In this document: positions 1 to 10,592 of the stretch, one piece after another
Layout of the letters: each line of letters begins with the position of its first letter
How positions within the stretch are numbered: the stretch's first letter is position 1
From: Microcoleus sp.
GTDB lineage: Bacteria; Cyanobacteriota; Cyanobacteriia; Cyanobacteriales; Microcoleaceae
DNA: 64,000 nucleotides
Direction: 5' to 3'
Assembly (NCBI GenBank): GCA_052279835.1
Contig: CP181291.1
Span: 3,712,001-3,776,000, forward strand
Position numbers and translations under genes: made by a program
The notes under the pieces: generated by a model
Databases searched by the model: none
The model's input: only the letters and a program-made list of their open reading frames with translations
Told to the model about the DNA's origin: nothing

Positions 1-1371
1 GGTACAGCCCTAGCCCTGCAAGGCTGGCGAGTTGCCTTACTCGAACGTGGCATCCTGCGAGGGCGCGATCAAGAATGGAACATTTCCCGCAAAGAATTAG
101 ACGTATTCTTAAAACTAAATTTGCTATCCCTGGAAGAAATAGAAAAAGCCATTGCTACCGAATATAACCCAGCCCGCATCAGCTTTCCCGATACCCCAGA
201 CATTTGGGTGCGGGACGTACTCAACATTGGAATCGACCCAGTTTACCTCCTCGAAACCCTCAAACAGCGCTTTCTCCAAGCCGGAGGTAAACTATTTGAA
301 AATACACCATTTAAAAAAGCAACCATTCACCCCAATGGAGTTGTCATAGAATCTACCAATACAGATGGGCAAGCAGCCCCAAATTTATTTCAAAGCAGAT
401 TATTAATAGACGCAATGGGGCATTTTTCACCCATTGTGCGACAAGCCAGACAAGGCAAAAAACCCGATGCCGTCTGCTTAGTAGTCGGTAGTTGCGCCCA
501 AGGATTCCCCAACAACGACACTGGCGACATATTTGCATCCTTCACCCCAATGCAAAATCAGTGCCAATATTTTTGGGAAGCATTTCCCGCGCGAGATGGG
601 CGCACCACTTACCTATTTACTTACCTAGATGCCGACACAGAAAGATTCAGTTTAGAAACATTATTTGAAGAATATCTGCGCTTGCTACCCCAATATCAAA
701 ACGTCCAACTTCACCAGCTCAAATTTCAAAGAGCACTCTATGGATTTTTCCCTTGCTATCGCCAAAGTCCTCTCAAAACCCCTTGGAATCGAATTCTCCC
801 CGTCGGAGATAGCAGCGGCAGTCAATCTCCCCTCAGCTTTGGTGGTTTCGGCGCCATGGTGCGTCATCTTCAGCGCTTAACTCTGGGAATTCACGAAGCT
901 TTGACAAGCGACAGTCTCAGTCAAAATTCCCTGGCACTTTTGCAGCCCTATCAGCCAAATCTATCCGTCACCTGGTTGTTTCAGCGTTCCATGAGTGCGG
1001 CAATGAATCAGAAAATAGCCCCCAATCAAATTAATCAACTTTTGTCTAGTGTGTTTCAGGTAATGGAACAGTTGGGGGAACCTGTACTCAAACCATTTCT
1101 TCAGGATATCGTGCTGTTTCCGGCTTTGTCAAAAACGCTGTTTAAAACTGCAATTAGTCATCCTGGATTAGTGATGAAAATCATCCCGCAGGTGGGAATA
1201 CCTAATTTGTTGGATTGGATGGTTCATTATGTAAATTTAGGGATTTATACGGGATTGCAGCCTTTGGCTAAAGCTGTAGAACCGCAGGTGAAGCAGTTGT
1301 CACCGCAGCAGCAATATTATTTTCACCGATTAATTGAAGCCTGGGAATACGGTGCTGGGGGCGATTATTAA
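1..1371 (+). CDS. cruP: FAD-dependent oxidoreductase, CruA/CruP lycopene cyclase family (5' truncated by window)
   Basis: Frame is open from base 1 (GTALALQGWRVALLERG..GRDQEWNISR); LLIDAMGHFSP and GDSSGSQSPLSFGGFG motifs typical of CruP. Confidence 0.75.
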   Translation, partial: GTALALQGWRVALLERGILRGRDQEWNISRKELDVFLKLNLLSLEEIEKAIATEYNPARISFPDTPDIWVRDVLNIGIDPVYLLETLKQRFLQAGGKLFENTPFKKATIHPNGVVIESTNTDGQAAPNLFQSRLLIDAMGHFSPIVRQARQGKKPDAVCLVVGSCAQGFPNNDTGDIFASFTPMQNQCQYFWEAFPARDGRTTYLFTYLDADTERFSLETLFEEYLRLLPQYQNVQLHQLKFQRALYGFFPCYRQSPLKTPWNRILPVGDSSGSQSPLSFGGFGAMVRHLQRLTLGIHEALTSDSLSQNSLALLQPYQPNLSVTWLFQRSMSAAMNQKIAPNQINQLLSSVFQVMEQLGEPVLKPFLQDIVLFPALSKTLFKTAISHPGLVMKIIPQVGIPNLLDWMVHYVNLGIYTGLQPLAKAVEPQVKQLSPQQQYYFHRLIEAWEYGAGGDY

Positions 1372-1513
1372 CCGATAAACAAACAGGCAAGATGCCTGTT
1401 TTACAAGACACATATATGGCCTTTATCCGAAAGATGAGGTAGGAGCGATAATTGGTAATTACCAATTACCAATTACCTCATCTTTCTAAGAAAGGCTATC
1501 TATAAGTTGTGAG

Positions 1514-2383
1514 TTATGACGGTGCTATAACTATTAAAGCTTTAGGAATAACTCGAAATTTCGCAGGAGTATGCGTTGTGATTTCACCATCGGTATTAAT
1601 CGCAAGACGTTTGGTAGTATACACCTCAATTTCTTCAGATTCCAAGGTGCGTACATTAGACCAAATAGCATGATTGCCTTGCCTCATGGCAGGAAGTAAA
1701 GCCATTATTTCCCACCAATTATTTGTTTCCAAACTGTACAAATCTAGTCGCCGATCGTCTATGGTTGCATCTTCCGCAATCGTCATGCCACCGCCGTAGT
1801 AGCGACCGTTGCCAATCGCAATTTGAATAGTTTTTACATAAAAAACTTGGTTATTTGTATGAATTTCCGCTCTAAAAATTCGGGATTTCCAAATTACTTG
1901 CAACGCAGTAAAAGCATAAGCTAAAATACCCCAACGCTGCTTGACTTCTTTCGTCAGTCGTTCGGTAATTTGCACGCTCAATCCCAAACTCGCTACATTA
2001 AAAAAATGCTGGCCGTTCACCCAACCTAAGTCTATGCGCCGGACTTTACCGCTGGCAATTACTTGACAAGCTGCTGATAAAGAGGTAGGAATTCTGAGAG
2101 TGCGAGCTAAGTCATTAGCAGTTCCCATGGGCAAAATACCCAAGGGCAACTGAGTGTCAATTAAACCTTCGATGGCTGCATTGAGAGTGCCATCTCCACC
2201 GCCGACTATGACTAATTCCACCAAATTTTGGTAGGATTTTATGATTGCTGAAAGTTCATGAGGATGCTTGTTAGACTCTACAATTAACTCAAAACCTAGT
2301 GCTTGCAATTGGGCAGTTGCTTGAGAGAATAGATTTTTCCCTTTTCGGGAGTGCTGGTTTATTAACAGTAGAGCTTTTTTCAT
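1514..2383 (-). CDS. YegS/diacylglycerol kinase family lipid kinase
   Basis: GGGDGT and PMGTANDLAR motifs, GNGRYYGGG, NTDGE. Confidence 0.9.
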   Translation of the reverse strand: MKKALLLINQHSRKGKNLFSQATAQLQALGFELIVESNKHPHELSAIIKSYQNLVELVIVGGGDGTLNAAIEGLIDTQLPLGILPMGTANDLARTLRIPTSLSAACQVIASGKVRRIDLGWVNGQHFFNVASLGLSVQITERLTKEVKQRWGILAYAFTALQVIWKSRIFRAEIHTNNQVFYVKTIQIAIGNGRYYGGGMTIAEDATIDDRRLDLYSLETNNWWEIMALLPAMRQGNHAIWSNVRTLESEEIEVYTTKRLAINTDGEITTHTPAKFRVIPKALIVIAPS

Positions 2384-2626
2384 TTTTTTAGTGTTATTTG
2401 TTATTTGTTATAATAATAAAGGTCAACTATCAACTGCCCACGGCCAACTGCCCACGGCTAACTAATAAGTGGATAAAATTGATGCTCTGTTTGTATGTTA
2501 CCAGTGAGGATGGATTGACCAAAATCTCAAATAATGTGTAATTGTAACAAAAGATAGTTCAGAAGTATTTAGTATTCTTAGCTAGCGTTCATCTACCTCC
2601 GTTCTGAAAAAAGCTCAACTAAAATT

Positions 2627-3916
2627 ATGTCTAATATTTTAGAACAAGCGCAAGCCGCTGCCGATCGCCAAAACTGGTCTGAACTTGTCCAATGCTTGCA
2701 ACAACTGCCACTAAAGGGACAGCAGGCGCTGGAAACACAAAATTTAGACAAGGCCGTAAGTTTGGCCATAGAAGCCTTAGAATGGGGCGATTTTCAAGAT
2801 CGATGGGATATTGCGAAAATATTGCCCAATCTGGGAACTAGGGCGATCGCACCCTTAATTGATATACTAGAAAACGAAGACGCAGATACCGAACAGCAGT
2901 GGTTCGCCACCCGCATCCTCGGAAAGTTCGATCGCCCCGAAGTGATTGAAACTTTAGCAAAATTAGTCAAAAATTCCGACGAAGAATTGAGTCAAATCGC
3001 AGCGGAAACCCTGGGGAATTTAGGGCCAACAGCAGTCGCATCCCTAGCAGCTTTGTTATTGCAAGCAGAATCCCGACAGTTTGCAACAGAAGCACTGGCT
3101 CAAATTCGCCACAGTGAAACCATCGTACCGCTGTTGAGTGTAGTCGGAGATTCCCAAGTTGCAGTGCGGTTGGCGGCGATCGAGGCGCTGAGCACCTTTC
3201 ACGACTCGCGGATTGGGCCGGTATTGATAGCAGCACTCACAGATCCCGCCACAGCAGTCAGAAAAGAAGCCGTGCGAGCCCTAGGAGTTCGTTCGTACCT
3301 AGACGCAGAATTCGATTTAGTTAATTTGCTGAAACCTTTGTTGTGGGATATCCGTTTGGAAGTTTGTCAGCAAGCTGCGATGGCTCTGGGACGGCTGAAA
3401 ACGGATGCAGCGGCGACGGCTTTATTTGAATTATTGCGATCGGTAACAACTCCGGTGGAATTGCAAATTGAAACTGTTCGGGCTTTAAGCTGGATGGAAA
3501 CGAGCGCGGCTTGGGAATATTTGCAACAAGCGCTAACCGGAGGATTTAGTAACATTAATTCTGCTGTTTGTCAAGAAATTATTACGGTGTTGGGGCGTCT
3601 GTCAAAGCCGGAATTAAAAGGCAAAGCTGCTGAGATTCTGATCGATTTTCTTGAAAGTAGTCATCCGGCAGCCCAACAGGTGGAAGTCCAACAATCTTTA
3701 GCTTTAGCTTTAGGTCAATTAGGAGATTTCAGGGCGCTAGATTGTTTGATTCAACTGTTGGCTAACCCAGATACCAGAATCAGGCTGCACAGTTTATCAG
3801 CGCTCAAACAGCTAGGTGAGGCTCAGGTGAGGCAGAAATTAGAAAGTTTACTGAAAGAAGATAATTTGGAACTGGGGTTGAGAGAGGGAATTGCGATCGC
3901 ATTGCAAGAATGGTAG
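2627..3916 (+). CDS. HEAT-repeat (PBS lyase-like) protein, probably NirB
   Basis: Tandem HEAT repeats (VRLAAIEAL, VRKEAVRALG); position upstream of ntcB-cnaT resembles the nirB context. Confidence 0.7.
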   Translation: MSNILEQAQAAADRQNWSELVQCLQQLPLKGQQALETQNLDKAVSLAIEALEWGDFQDRWDIAKILPNLGTRAIAPLIDILENEDADTEQQWFATRILGKFDRPEVIETLAKLVKNSDEELSQIAAETLGNLGPTAVASLAALLLQAESRQFATEALAQIRHSETIVPLLSVVGDSQVAVRLAAIEALSTFHDSRIGPVLIAALTDPATAVRKEAVRALGVRSYLDAEFDLVNLLKPLLWDIRLEVCQQAAMALGRLKTDAAATALFELLRSVTTPVELQIETVRALSWMETSAAWEYLQQALTGGFSNINSAVCQEIITVLGRLSKPELKGKAAEILIDFLESSHPAAQQVEVQQSLALALGQLGDFRALDCLIQLLANPDTRIRLHSLSALKQLGEAQVRQKLESLLKEDNLELGLREGIAIALQEW

Positions 3917-3982
3917 CAGCATCAATCAAAAAACAGAATACCGATATCCCCGACTTCTTCAATAAGTCGGGGAGATACTAAT

Positions 3983-4462
3983 GTGATCGTGGGACAAGCT
4001 GAATTGAAAAGTGTGATCGCACAAGTTATGGAGAATTTAGATGTGCTCCCTTGCGGGGTAATTCCGCCTAATCCCCTGGCTCTTTTGGACTCCCAGCGGA
4101 TAACTTCGTTAATTAAGCAATTTGCCGCTAGTTATGATGCAGTGATTATTGATGCTCCTGCTTTGAATGTTGCTGCTGATGCTCTGATTTTGGGGAATAA
4201 AGCCGATGGGATTTTATTGGTAGTCAGGCCTGGAGTTCTTCATTCTGGTACTGTGGCTTTTGCGAAGGAGCTTTTGAAGAAATCCAGTCAACAGGTTCTG
4301 GGCTTAGTGGTGAATGGAGTAATTCCTAAAAATGAACCTCACAGTCATTACTATTTTACCAATGAATCTTACGCTCAAGAGCAGGATGCTAATTTCAATC
4401 ACAAGATTTTGCGATCGCCCGGGGAGATGGAAAGATGGGGAGATGAGGATATCTTTAACTAA
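3983..4462 (+). pseudogene. C-terminal fragment of a Wzc/CpsD-CapB tyrosine kinase
   Basis: PPNPLALLDS, Walker B VIIDAP, DGILLVVRPG, LGLVVNGV, Tyr-containing tail; no Walker A or N-terminal part. Confidence 0.65.
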
Positions 4463-4534
4463 TAAGTCACGGCGATGGGGAATTGTCGATGTTGTCGAGT
4501 TCGATCGCCCATAAATCAAAACGAATCTGTAGCT

Positions 4535-4576
4535 GTATCAAAGTCTACTAAACTTGGCGAGCAAATCGGTTAATGT
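4535..4576 (+). promoter_or_regulatory. Canonical NtcA-activated promoter
   Basis: GTATCAAAGTCTAC (GTA-N8-TAC, 4535-4548) + exactly 22 nt + TAATGT (TAN3T, 4571-4576) upstream of the LysR gene. Confidence 0.85.
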
Positions 4577-4640
4577 CACTGTTATTCTTCAGTCACTACT
4601 GATGAAGATCGCGCCATATGTTACCTAGACTTAAACATCC

Positions 4641-5618
4641 ATGCGTTTAGAGCAGATTCAAGCATTTCTTTCCGTTGCCGAAACCGGAAGCTTTCAGCAA
4701 GCAGCAGGGAAATGTGGCGTGACTCAATCGACTATTAGCCGCCAAGTGCAGGGACTAGAAGCTGAACTCGGCCTATCTCTGTTTCATCGCATGGCCCATG
4801 CCAAGCTAACTTTAGCCGGGGAACGCCTGTTACCTCATGCTCGCAAAATCTGTCAGACTTGGCAAAATGCCAGTCAGGAATTGGGAGACTTACTCGCGGG
4901 TAAGCAGCCGGAACTTTGCGTAGCTGCTATTCACTCCGTGTGTGCTGCTTATTTGCCGCCTGTACTCCAAAAATTTTGCCGGGATTATCCAGAGGTACAG
5001 TTGCGGGTAACAGCCCTGGGGAGCGATCGAGCTCTGAAAGTCCTCAAAGACGGTTTGGTGGATGTAGCGGTGGTGATGAACAATCGCTATTTTACTCAAG
5101 GTGCGGAAATGTTGGTTGAGGTGCTTTACAATGAGCCGATCGAGGTATTGATGGCCGCGAGTCATCCCCTAGCTAAATACGATCGAGTCCCAATTGCTGA
5201 ATTGATTTGTTACCCCCAAGTCGTGTTTAAGGATGGCTACGGAATGCAGCGGATGGTGCAAGACGAATTTGGACGCATGGGTGCTAAACTGCAAGCTGTT
5301 TTGGAGTTGAATACTCTCGATGCTTTTCGAGGTGTGGTGCGACAGGGAGAATTGATTGCCATGCTGCCACATTCGGCTTTGGTGGAAGCCCGTGCCGATC
5401 GCACTTTAGCAATTCGCCCGATCGAAAACCAGAGACCAAATTCTAAGGTTTCTGCCATCGGCACTGCCGCGGCAGATCCGATTTGGACTCGCGAAGTCGT
5501 TTTAGTGACAACTCACGATCGAATGCAAATTCCACCCATCGCCCATTTCTGCCAATTAGTACGCGAATTTGTGCCACCACAATTTGATGTCTTAAAAGTT
5601 GGAACAACTAACAAATAA
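4641..5618 (+). CDS. ntcB: LysR-family nitrate assimilation regulator NtcB
   Basis: LysR HTH (TQSTISRQVQGLE); NtcA promoter upstream; followed by a cnaT-like gene. Confidence 0.8.
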   Translation: MRLEQIQAFLSVAETGSFQQAAGKCGVTQSTISRQVQGLEAELGLSLFHRMAHAKLTLAGERLLPHARKICQTWQNASQELGDLLAGKQPELCVAAIHSVCAAYLPPVLQKFCRDYPEVQLRVTALGSDRALKVLKDGLVDVAVVMNNRYFTQGAEMLVEVLYNEPIEVLMAASHPLAKYDRVPIAELICYPQVVFKDGYGMQRMVQDEFGRMGAKLQAVLELNTLDAFRGVVRQGELIAMLPHSALVEARADRTLAIRPIENQRPNSKVSAIGTAAADPIWTREVVLVTTHDRMQIPPIAHFCQLVREFVPPQFDVLKVGTTNK

Positions 5619-5653
5619 CTAATCACAAATAACCAATCACAAATAACCAAATT

Positions 5654-6712
5654 ATGAGTAACGCTTTTAGAGAATTGCTGCGAAAAATTGGCAGTGGCGT
5701 ACACACAGGAGAAAACTTGACTCGCACCGAATCAGCCGCAGCAACGCGGATGATGCTGTTAGGAGAAGCAACACCGGCTCAAATGGGAGCTTTTATGATT
5801 TCCCACCGCATTAAGCGACCTACGGGGGAAGAATTAGCCGGAATGCTCGATGCTTATGAAGAATTAGGACCGAAACTCGCCCACCCAAACAGAGAAAAAG
5901 GATTTTCAGTATCTAGCGTGGCGGTGTTTGGAGTTGCTTACGACGGGCGATCGCGCACAGCCCCAGTGAGCCCTTTAACTGCTTTAATTTTAGCAACCGC
6001 AGGCGTTCCCACTCTCATGCACGGCGGCGATATCATGCCGACAAAAGAAGGTATTCCCCTGATAGAAATTTGGCGCGGTTTGGGTGTTGACTGGGCAAAA
6101 TTGACTTTAGAAAAAGTCCAGCAAGTTTTTGATAATACAGGTTTGGGTTTTGTCTACCTTCCCACCCATTTTCCCCAAGCTGAGAGTTTAGTTCCCTACC
6201 GGCGCGAAATCGGCAAACGATCGCCTTTTTCGACCATGGAGTTGATGTGGTGTCCCTGTGACGGCGATGTTAACGTCATCTCCGGCTACGTCCACCCACC
6301 GACGGAAGGTATGTTTATCAAGGCTTTTGAATTGCGAGGAGTCAAGAATTACACCACAGTCAAAGGACTAGAAGGAAGTTGTGATTTGCCGCGCGATCGT
6401 ACTGCAATCATCGGTATTGCTAAGCCAGATATTGAGTTTGAGCGAGTGCTGTTAGCTCACGGCGATTACGGTTTCAGCAGCACAAATTCCGCCTTAGAAT
6501 CGACCTCTGAGTTATTAAAACAAATGCAGGAAGTTTTACAGGGAAAACCCTCGGAATTAATGCAGTCTACTATTTGGAATAGCGGATTTTATCTCTGGCG
6601 TTCGGGAGTTTGTTTAGATATAAATTCTGGTTTTATTAAAGCAGAAATCTTATTAAGTAGCGGTCAAGTCTATCAAAAACTTGAGGAAGTGAGCAACTTT
6701 GTCAATAGCTAA
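5654..6712 (+). CDS. cnaT: Anthranilate phosphoribosyltransferase-like protein (CnaT)
   Basis: TrpD-like N-terminus, YDGRSRT, KGLEGSCDLP; directly after ntcB. Confidence 0.75.
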   Translation: MSNAFRELLRKIGSGVHTGENLTRTESAAATRMMLLGEATPAQMGAFMISHRIKRPTGEELAGMLDAYEELGPKLAHPNREKGFSVSSVAVFGVAYDGRSRTAPVSPLTALILATAGVPTLMHGGDIMPTKEGIPLIEIWRGLGVDWAKLTLEKVQQVFDNTGLGFVYLPTHFPQAESLVPYRREIGKRSPFSTMELMWCPCDGDVNVISGYVHPPTEGMFIKAFELRGVKNYTTVKGLEGSCDLPRDRTAIIGIAKPDIEFERVLLAHGDYGFSSTNSALESTSELLKQMQEVLQGKPSELMQSTIWNSGFYLWRSGVCLDINSGFIKAEILLSSGQVYQKLEEVSNFVNS

Positions 6713-6803
6713 ATGTAGACAGTAGACAGTAGACATTCCACTTTTGACTCTATAGGGACAAACAACCAACAACAAATAAAAAATAAAAAATAAAAAATAA
6801 AAA

Positions 6804-7412
6804 ATGACTAATAATAAAATTGCTGTAATTTTGCTGGCTGGCGGTCAAAGTTCCCGGATGGGCAGAGATAAAGCTCTTTTAGAAATAGATGGTAAATGCC
6901 TATTAGAGCGAGCCTGGGAAGTGGCTGCTAACTTAACCTCAGAAGTTTACGTCCTAGCTGCTTGGCCCGATCGCTATCGATCTACCTTAAATAAAAAATG
7001 TCAATTTCTGGTAGAATACAATCCAGGTTCCGGGCCCTTGAGAGCCTTGAGTCAGGGATTAACTCAAATTACTACCGAGTGGATTTTACTCCTAGCTTGT
7101 GATTTGCCTTTGTTGGATGCCGAGATAATTCAGCATTGGGCCAGTCAGTTAACAGCAGTAGGGCCATCTACTTTAGCAGTTGTGCCTTATCAAAATTTGC
7201 GCTGGGAACCTTTGTGCGGATTCTACCGCCAGCAATCCCTCTCAAGTTTGCAAATTTTTATTGAGAAAGGCGGGCGCTCTTTTCAAGTATGGTTGAATCA
7301 AATTGCAGCAATACCTCTGCCTATAGGAGAACGAGAAGCACGAATGTTATTAAATTGCAATACACTAGAAGAGTTTGAGAAATTAAAAAGTCAAATGGGG
7401 AATAGGGAATAG
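6804..7412 (+). CDS. mobA: Molybdenum cofactor guanylyltransferase
   Basis: LLAGGQSSRMGRDKA, ACDLP, EPLCGFY, NCNT motifs. Confidence 0.9.
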   Translation: MTNNKIAVILLAGGQSSRMGRDKALLEIDGKCLLERAWEVAANLTSEVYVLAAWPDRYRSTLNKKCQFLVEYNPGSGPLRALSQGLTQITTEWILLLACDLPLLDAEIIQHWASQLTAVGPSTLAVVPYQNLRWEPLCGFYRQQSLSSLQIFIEKGGRSFQVWLNQIAAIPLPIGEREARMLLNCNTLEEFEKLKSQMGNRE

Positions 7413-7526
7413 GGAATGGGGAATGGGGAATGGGGAATGGGGAATGGGGAATAGGACATTGGAATTAACAAATAACAAATAACAACAACAAATAACAAAT
7501 AACCAACAACAAATAACAAATAACAC
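7396..7526 (+). repeat. STRR heptamer tracts (GGGAATG/GGGAATA, then AACAAAT)
   Basis: Directly visible tandem 7-mers between mobA and the next gene. Confidence 0.9.
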
Positions 7527-8723
7527 ATGAACTTAGAACACTGGCTACTAGATCGCGATATAACATTTCTCAATCACGGCTCTTTTGGAGCTTGTCCGAT
7601 TCCCGTACTAGAAGCACAAACAAGTTTTCGAGAACAGTTAGAAAGAGAACCGTTGCGCTTTTTGATGCGGGAATTTGAGCCACTGTTAGATAATGCTAGG
7701 AATGAATTAGCCACTTTTATCGGTACCAGTAGTGATGAGTTGGCATTTGTGCCGAATGCGACGACGGGAGTAAATGCAGTTTTGCGATCGCTCTTTTTTG
7801 CTCCGGGCGACGAATTATTAACTACCAATCAAGAATACAACGCTTGCCGCAATACACTAGATTTTGTAGCCCGTCGCACAGGCGCTACAGTCATAGTAGC
7901 CGAAGTACCATTTCCCATTGAGTCGCCAGAACAAGTTATCGAAGCAGTAATTAAGTGCGTTTCACCCCAAACAAAATTAGTATTATTAGACCATATTGTC
8001 AGTCAAACAGGCTTAATATTTCCCATCAAACAGCTAGTTAGTGAATTAGCCCAAAGAGGTGTCGATGTCTTGGTAGACGGATCTCACGCACCAGGAATGA
8101 TCGCGCTGAATTTGGATGAAATTGGCGCTGCTTACTACACTGGAAATTGTCACAAGTGGCTGTGTGCGCCAAAAGGTGCTGGCTTTTTGTATGTGCGGCG
8201 CGACAAACAAGATGCTATTCGGCCAACAACTATCAGTCACGGTGCAAACTCCCCGCGCAGCGATAAATCCCGCTTTCAATTAGAATTTGACTGGATGGGA
8301 ACAGTCGATCCAAGTGCTTATTTATGTGTACCGGTGGCGATCGACTTCATGGGTTCTTTGTTGGAGGGCGGATGGCCGGAATTGATGGCAAAAAATCATG
8401 CTTTGGCTTTAGCAGGAAGACAGATATTGCTGGATAAATTAGATTTACCCCAGCCTTGTCCAGATGAAATGGTAGGCTCGATGGCTGTGGTACAACTCAG
8501 AGATGCAGAATTTGATGCCGTTGGCAAGTCAGGAATTGCCCCTTTACAAGAGGCTTTGTGGGAGATTTTTAAAATAGAAGTGCCGGTGATTCCTTGGCCG
8601 GATGCAAATCAGCAGTTGCTGAGGATTTCTGCTCAATTTTATAATACTTTACCGCAATATGAGTATTTGGCTAAGGCGTTGGTTGAGTTAATAGGAACAA
8701 AATTTATAGAAAAACCGGATTAA
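7527..8723 (+). CDS. Class V PLP-dependent aminotransferase (isopenicillin N epimerase/cysteine desulfhydrase-like)
   Basis: FLNHGSFGA, VDGSHAPG, GNCHKWLCAPKG (PLP lysine). Confidence 0.85.
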   Translation: MNLEHWLLDRDITFLNHGSFGACPIPVLEAQTSFREQLEREPLRFLMREFEPLLDNARNELATFIGTSSDELAFVPNATTGVNAVLRSLFFAPGDELLTTNQEYNACRNTLDFVARRTGATVIVAEVPFPIESPEQVIEAVIKCVSPQTKLVLLDHIVSQTGLIFPIKQLVSELAQRGVDVLVDGSHAPGMIALNLDEIGAAYYTGNCHKWLCAPKGAGFLYVRRDKQDAIRPTTISHGANSPRSDKSRFQLEFDWMGTVDPSAYLCVPVAIDFMGSLLEGGWPELMAKNHALALAGRQILLDKLDLPQPCPDEMVGSMAVVQLRDAEFDAVGKSGIAPLQEALWEIFKIEVPVIPWPDANQQLLRISAQFYNTLPQYEYLAKALVELIGTKFIEKPD

Positions 8724-8985
8724 GGCAGGCTTTTTCCCCAAGCTAGCAACAGTTTGAAAAAAAATAATTCTGAGCGCTCGCATTTAGATAAAATTGCAAA
8801 ATCTCAATTACACAGTCTAGGACGCACGCGAGACTAAAAACCCGGTTTCTGGGGAGCATCCCCATTTTGTAAGGGCAAAGTATTTCTCTATTCTTTCCCT
8901 CTGTGTCCTCTGCGTTCTCTGCGGTTAAATCATTCCGATGTAGCCGGAAACGATATTACATCTAATACTAAAAAAATCCTAATTT

Positions 8986-9750
8986 ATGCGTGAAAACCAA
9001 CTCAAACAAAAAATTAAACAAGGCGAAACTGTCCTCGGTTTATTTATGAATTGCGCCTATCCCGCATTTATAGAAATTTGCGGTCATGCTGGCTTTGACT
9101 TCGCCGTCATCGACATGGAACACGGTCCCTTACATTCCCTCGCTGCCGAAGATTTGTGTCGCGCAGCAGACTGTGCAGGAATTGCGCCCATTGTTCGCGT
9201 CCGCAAAAACGACGGCCCACAAATTCAACGAGCCCTCGACATTGGCAGTGCTGGTATTCAAGTACCTCAAATTGAATCTAGAATAGATGCCGAAATTGCG
9301 GTTAAAAATTCCAAATACAGTCCCCTCGGCACCCGTGGTCTTTCCTTTGCTACCAGGGCGGGGCTTTACACTGCTGCGGGTACAAATATTACCGATCGAC
9401 TCAACGAAGAATCCTTAGTTGTAATTCATGTCGAAGGGAAAGGTGGCATCGACAACTTAGCAGAAATTGTGACAGTACCCCACGTTGACGTGATTTTTCT
9501 GGGGCCATACGATCTGTCACAGTCGATCGGCATTCCCGGCCAAGTCCGCGATTCGCGAGTGATCGAGATGATGGAAAATGCCGTGAACACCATCCGCAGC
9601 GCCGGAAAAGCTGCCGGTACTTTTGCCGACACCCCCGAAGTCGCCCAGCAGTGGATTGATGCTGGCGTTCAATACGTGGGACTGGGGGTGGATGTTGCCG
9701 TCTTTTTGCGAGCTTGTCAGTCCCTAGTCAAAGCAGTCGATCGACTTTAG
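8986..9750 (+). CDS. HpcH/HpaI aldolase family protein
   Basis: IDMEHG, RALDIG, FLGPYDLS motifs. Confidence 0.88.
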   Translation: MRENQLKQKIKQGETVLGLFMNCAYPAFIEICGHAGFDFAVIDMEHGPLHSLAAEDLCRAADCAGIAPIVRVRKNDGPQIQRALDIGSAGIQVPQIESRIDAEIAVKNSKYSPLGTRGLSFATRAGLYTAAGTNITDRLNEESLVVIHVEGKGGIDNLAEIVTVPHVDVIFLGPYDLSQSIGIPGQVRDSRVIEMMENAVNTIRSAGKAAGTFADTPEVAQQWIDAGVQYVGLGVDVAVFLRACQSLVKAVDRL

Positions 9751-9923
9751 ACTTTGGATTAAACAGCTTATAACTCCCGAATTTTTTTTGGCATCTTTAC
9801 AATATCTTTGCAATTTTTGTAGTGTCTTTGACCACACAGACCAAAAACCTGAGCTAGACTAAAAGTATACATCTCCTTAAGGCCAAATTAAGGAGGGGAG
9901 CAAGGATTCATGGAGAACTATCT

Positions 9924-10592
9924 ATGAAAACAGCATTAGAATCCATTCATTTGGATTACGCTTTTATGTTTACTTTCAAAAAAGTAAACTCAATTAAGCT
10001 AGAAGGATTTAAGCCATTTTTCGACGATATGCCGATCGATCCTTATATTAAAGGAAAGTATCGTTCGAGAAGGTTGTCGCGATTTATAGTCAATGGAAAC
10101 GAATTAATTAAGTTGCCTCACGGCTATCTTTTCCAAAGTAAAGAATACAATCCGGTGGTGGGTGATATCAAGCGTGAATTTGCCGAATTGGACGATCGAC
10201 TAATCGCCCTGGATAATTTCAAACAAATGATTTTTGCTTTTTTCGATTCCTGCAAAATTCACCCGGAAGCTGAAATCGGCATCCATCAAATCAGGACGAC
10301 TTGTTCGCCACACAATTTTGGCAATCCTGCACCGGAAGGTATTCACAGAGATGGTACTGATTTTATCGGCATCTTCTCAGTTGACCGAACTAATATTGTC
10401 GGTGGCGAAACTCATTTGTACTTGGCGAAAAAAGAGAAGCCTGTGTTTAATAAAGTTCTGCATCCCGGAGAACTGCTGTTGGTCAATGACCACGAATTTT
10501 TTCACTTTACTACACCAATTAAGCCGGAAGTGGAAGGGGTGGGGACAAGGGATGTCTTTGTGCTGACATCTCCGAGTTTGCTGACTGATTGA
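9924..10592 (+). CDS. 2OG-Fe(II) dioxygenase family protein
   Basis: PEGIHRDG (HxD), HFTTPI, RDVFV. Confidence 0.8.
   Translation: MKTALESIHLDYAFMFTFKKVNSIKLEGFKPFFDDMPIDPYIKGKYRSRRLSRFIVNGNELIKLPHGYLFQSKEYNPVVGDIKREFAELDDRLIALDNFKQMIFAFFDSCKIHPEAEIGIHQIRTTCSPHNFGNPAPEGIHRDGTDFIGIFSVDRTNIVGGETHLYLAKKEKPVFNKVLHPGELLLVNDHEFFHFTTPIKPEVEGVGTRDVFVLTSPSLLTD

Noticed and set aside
7527..10592. Secondary-metabolite cluster (aminotransferase, aldolase, 2OG dioxygenase)
   Set aside because: Genes are separated by repeat-containing or promoter-sized gaps and no scaffold-forming enzyme is present
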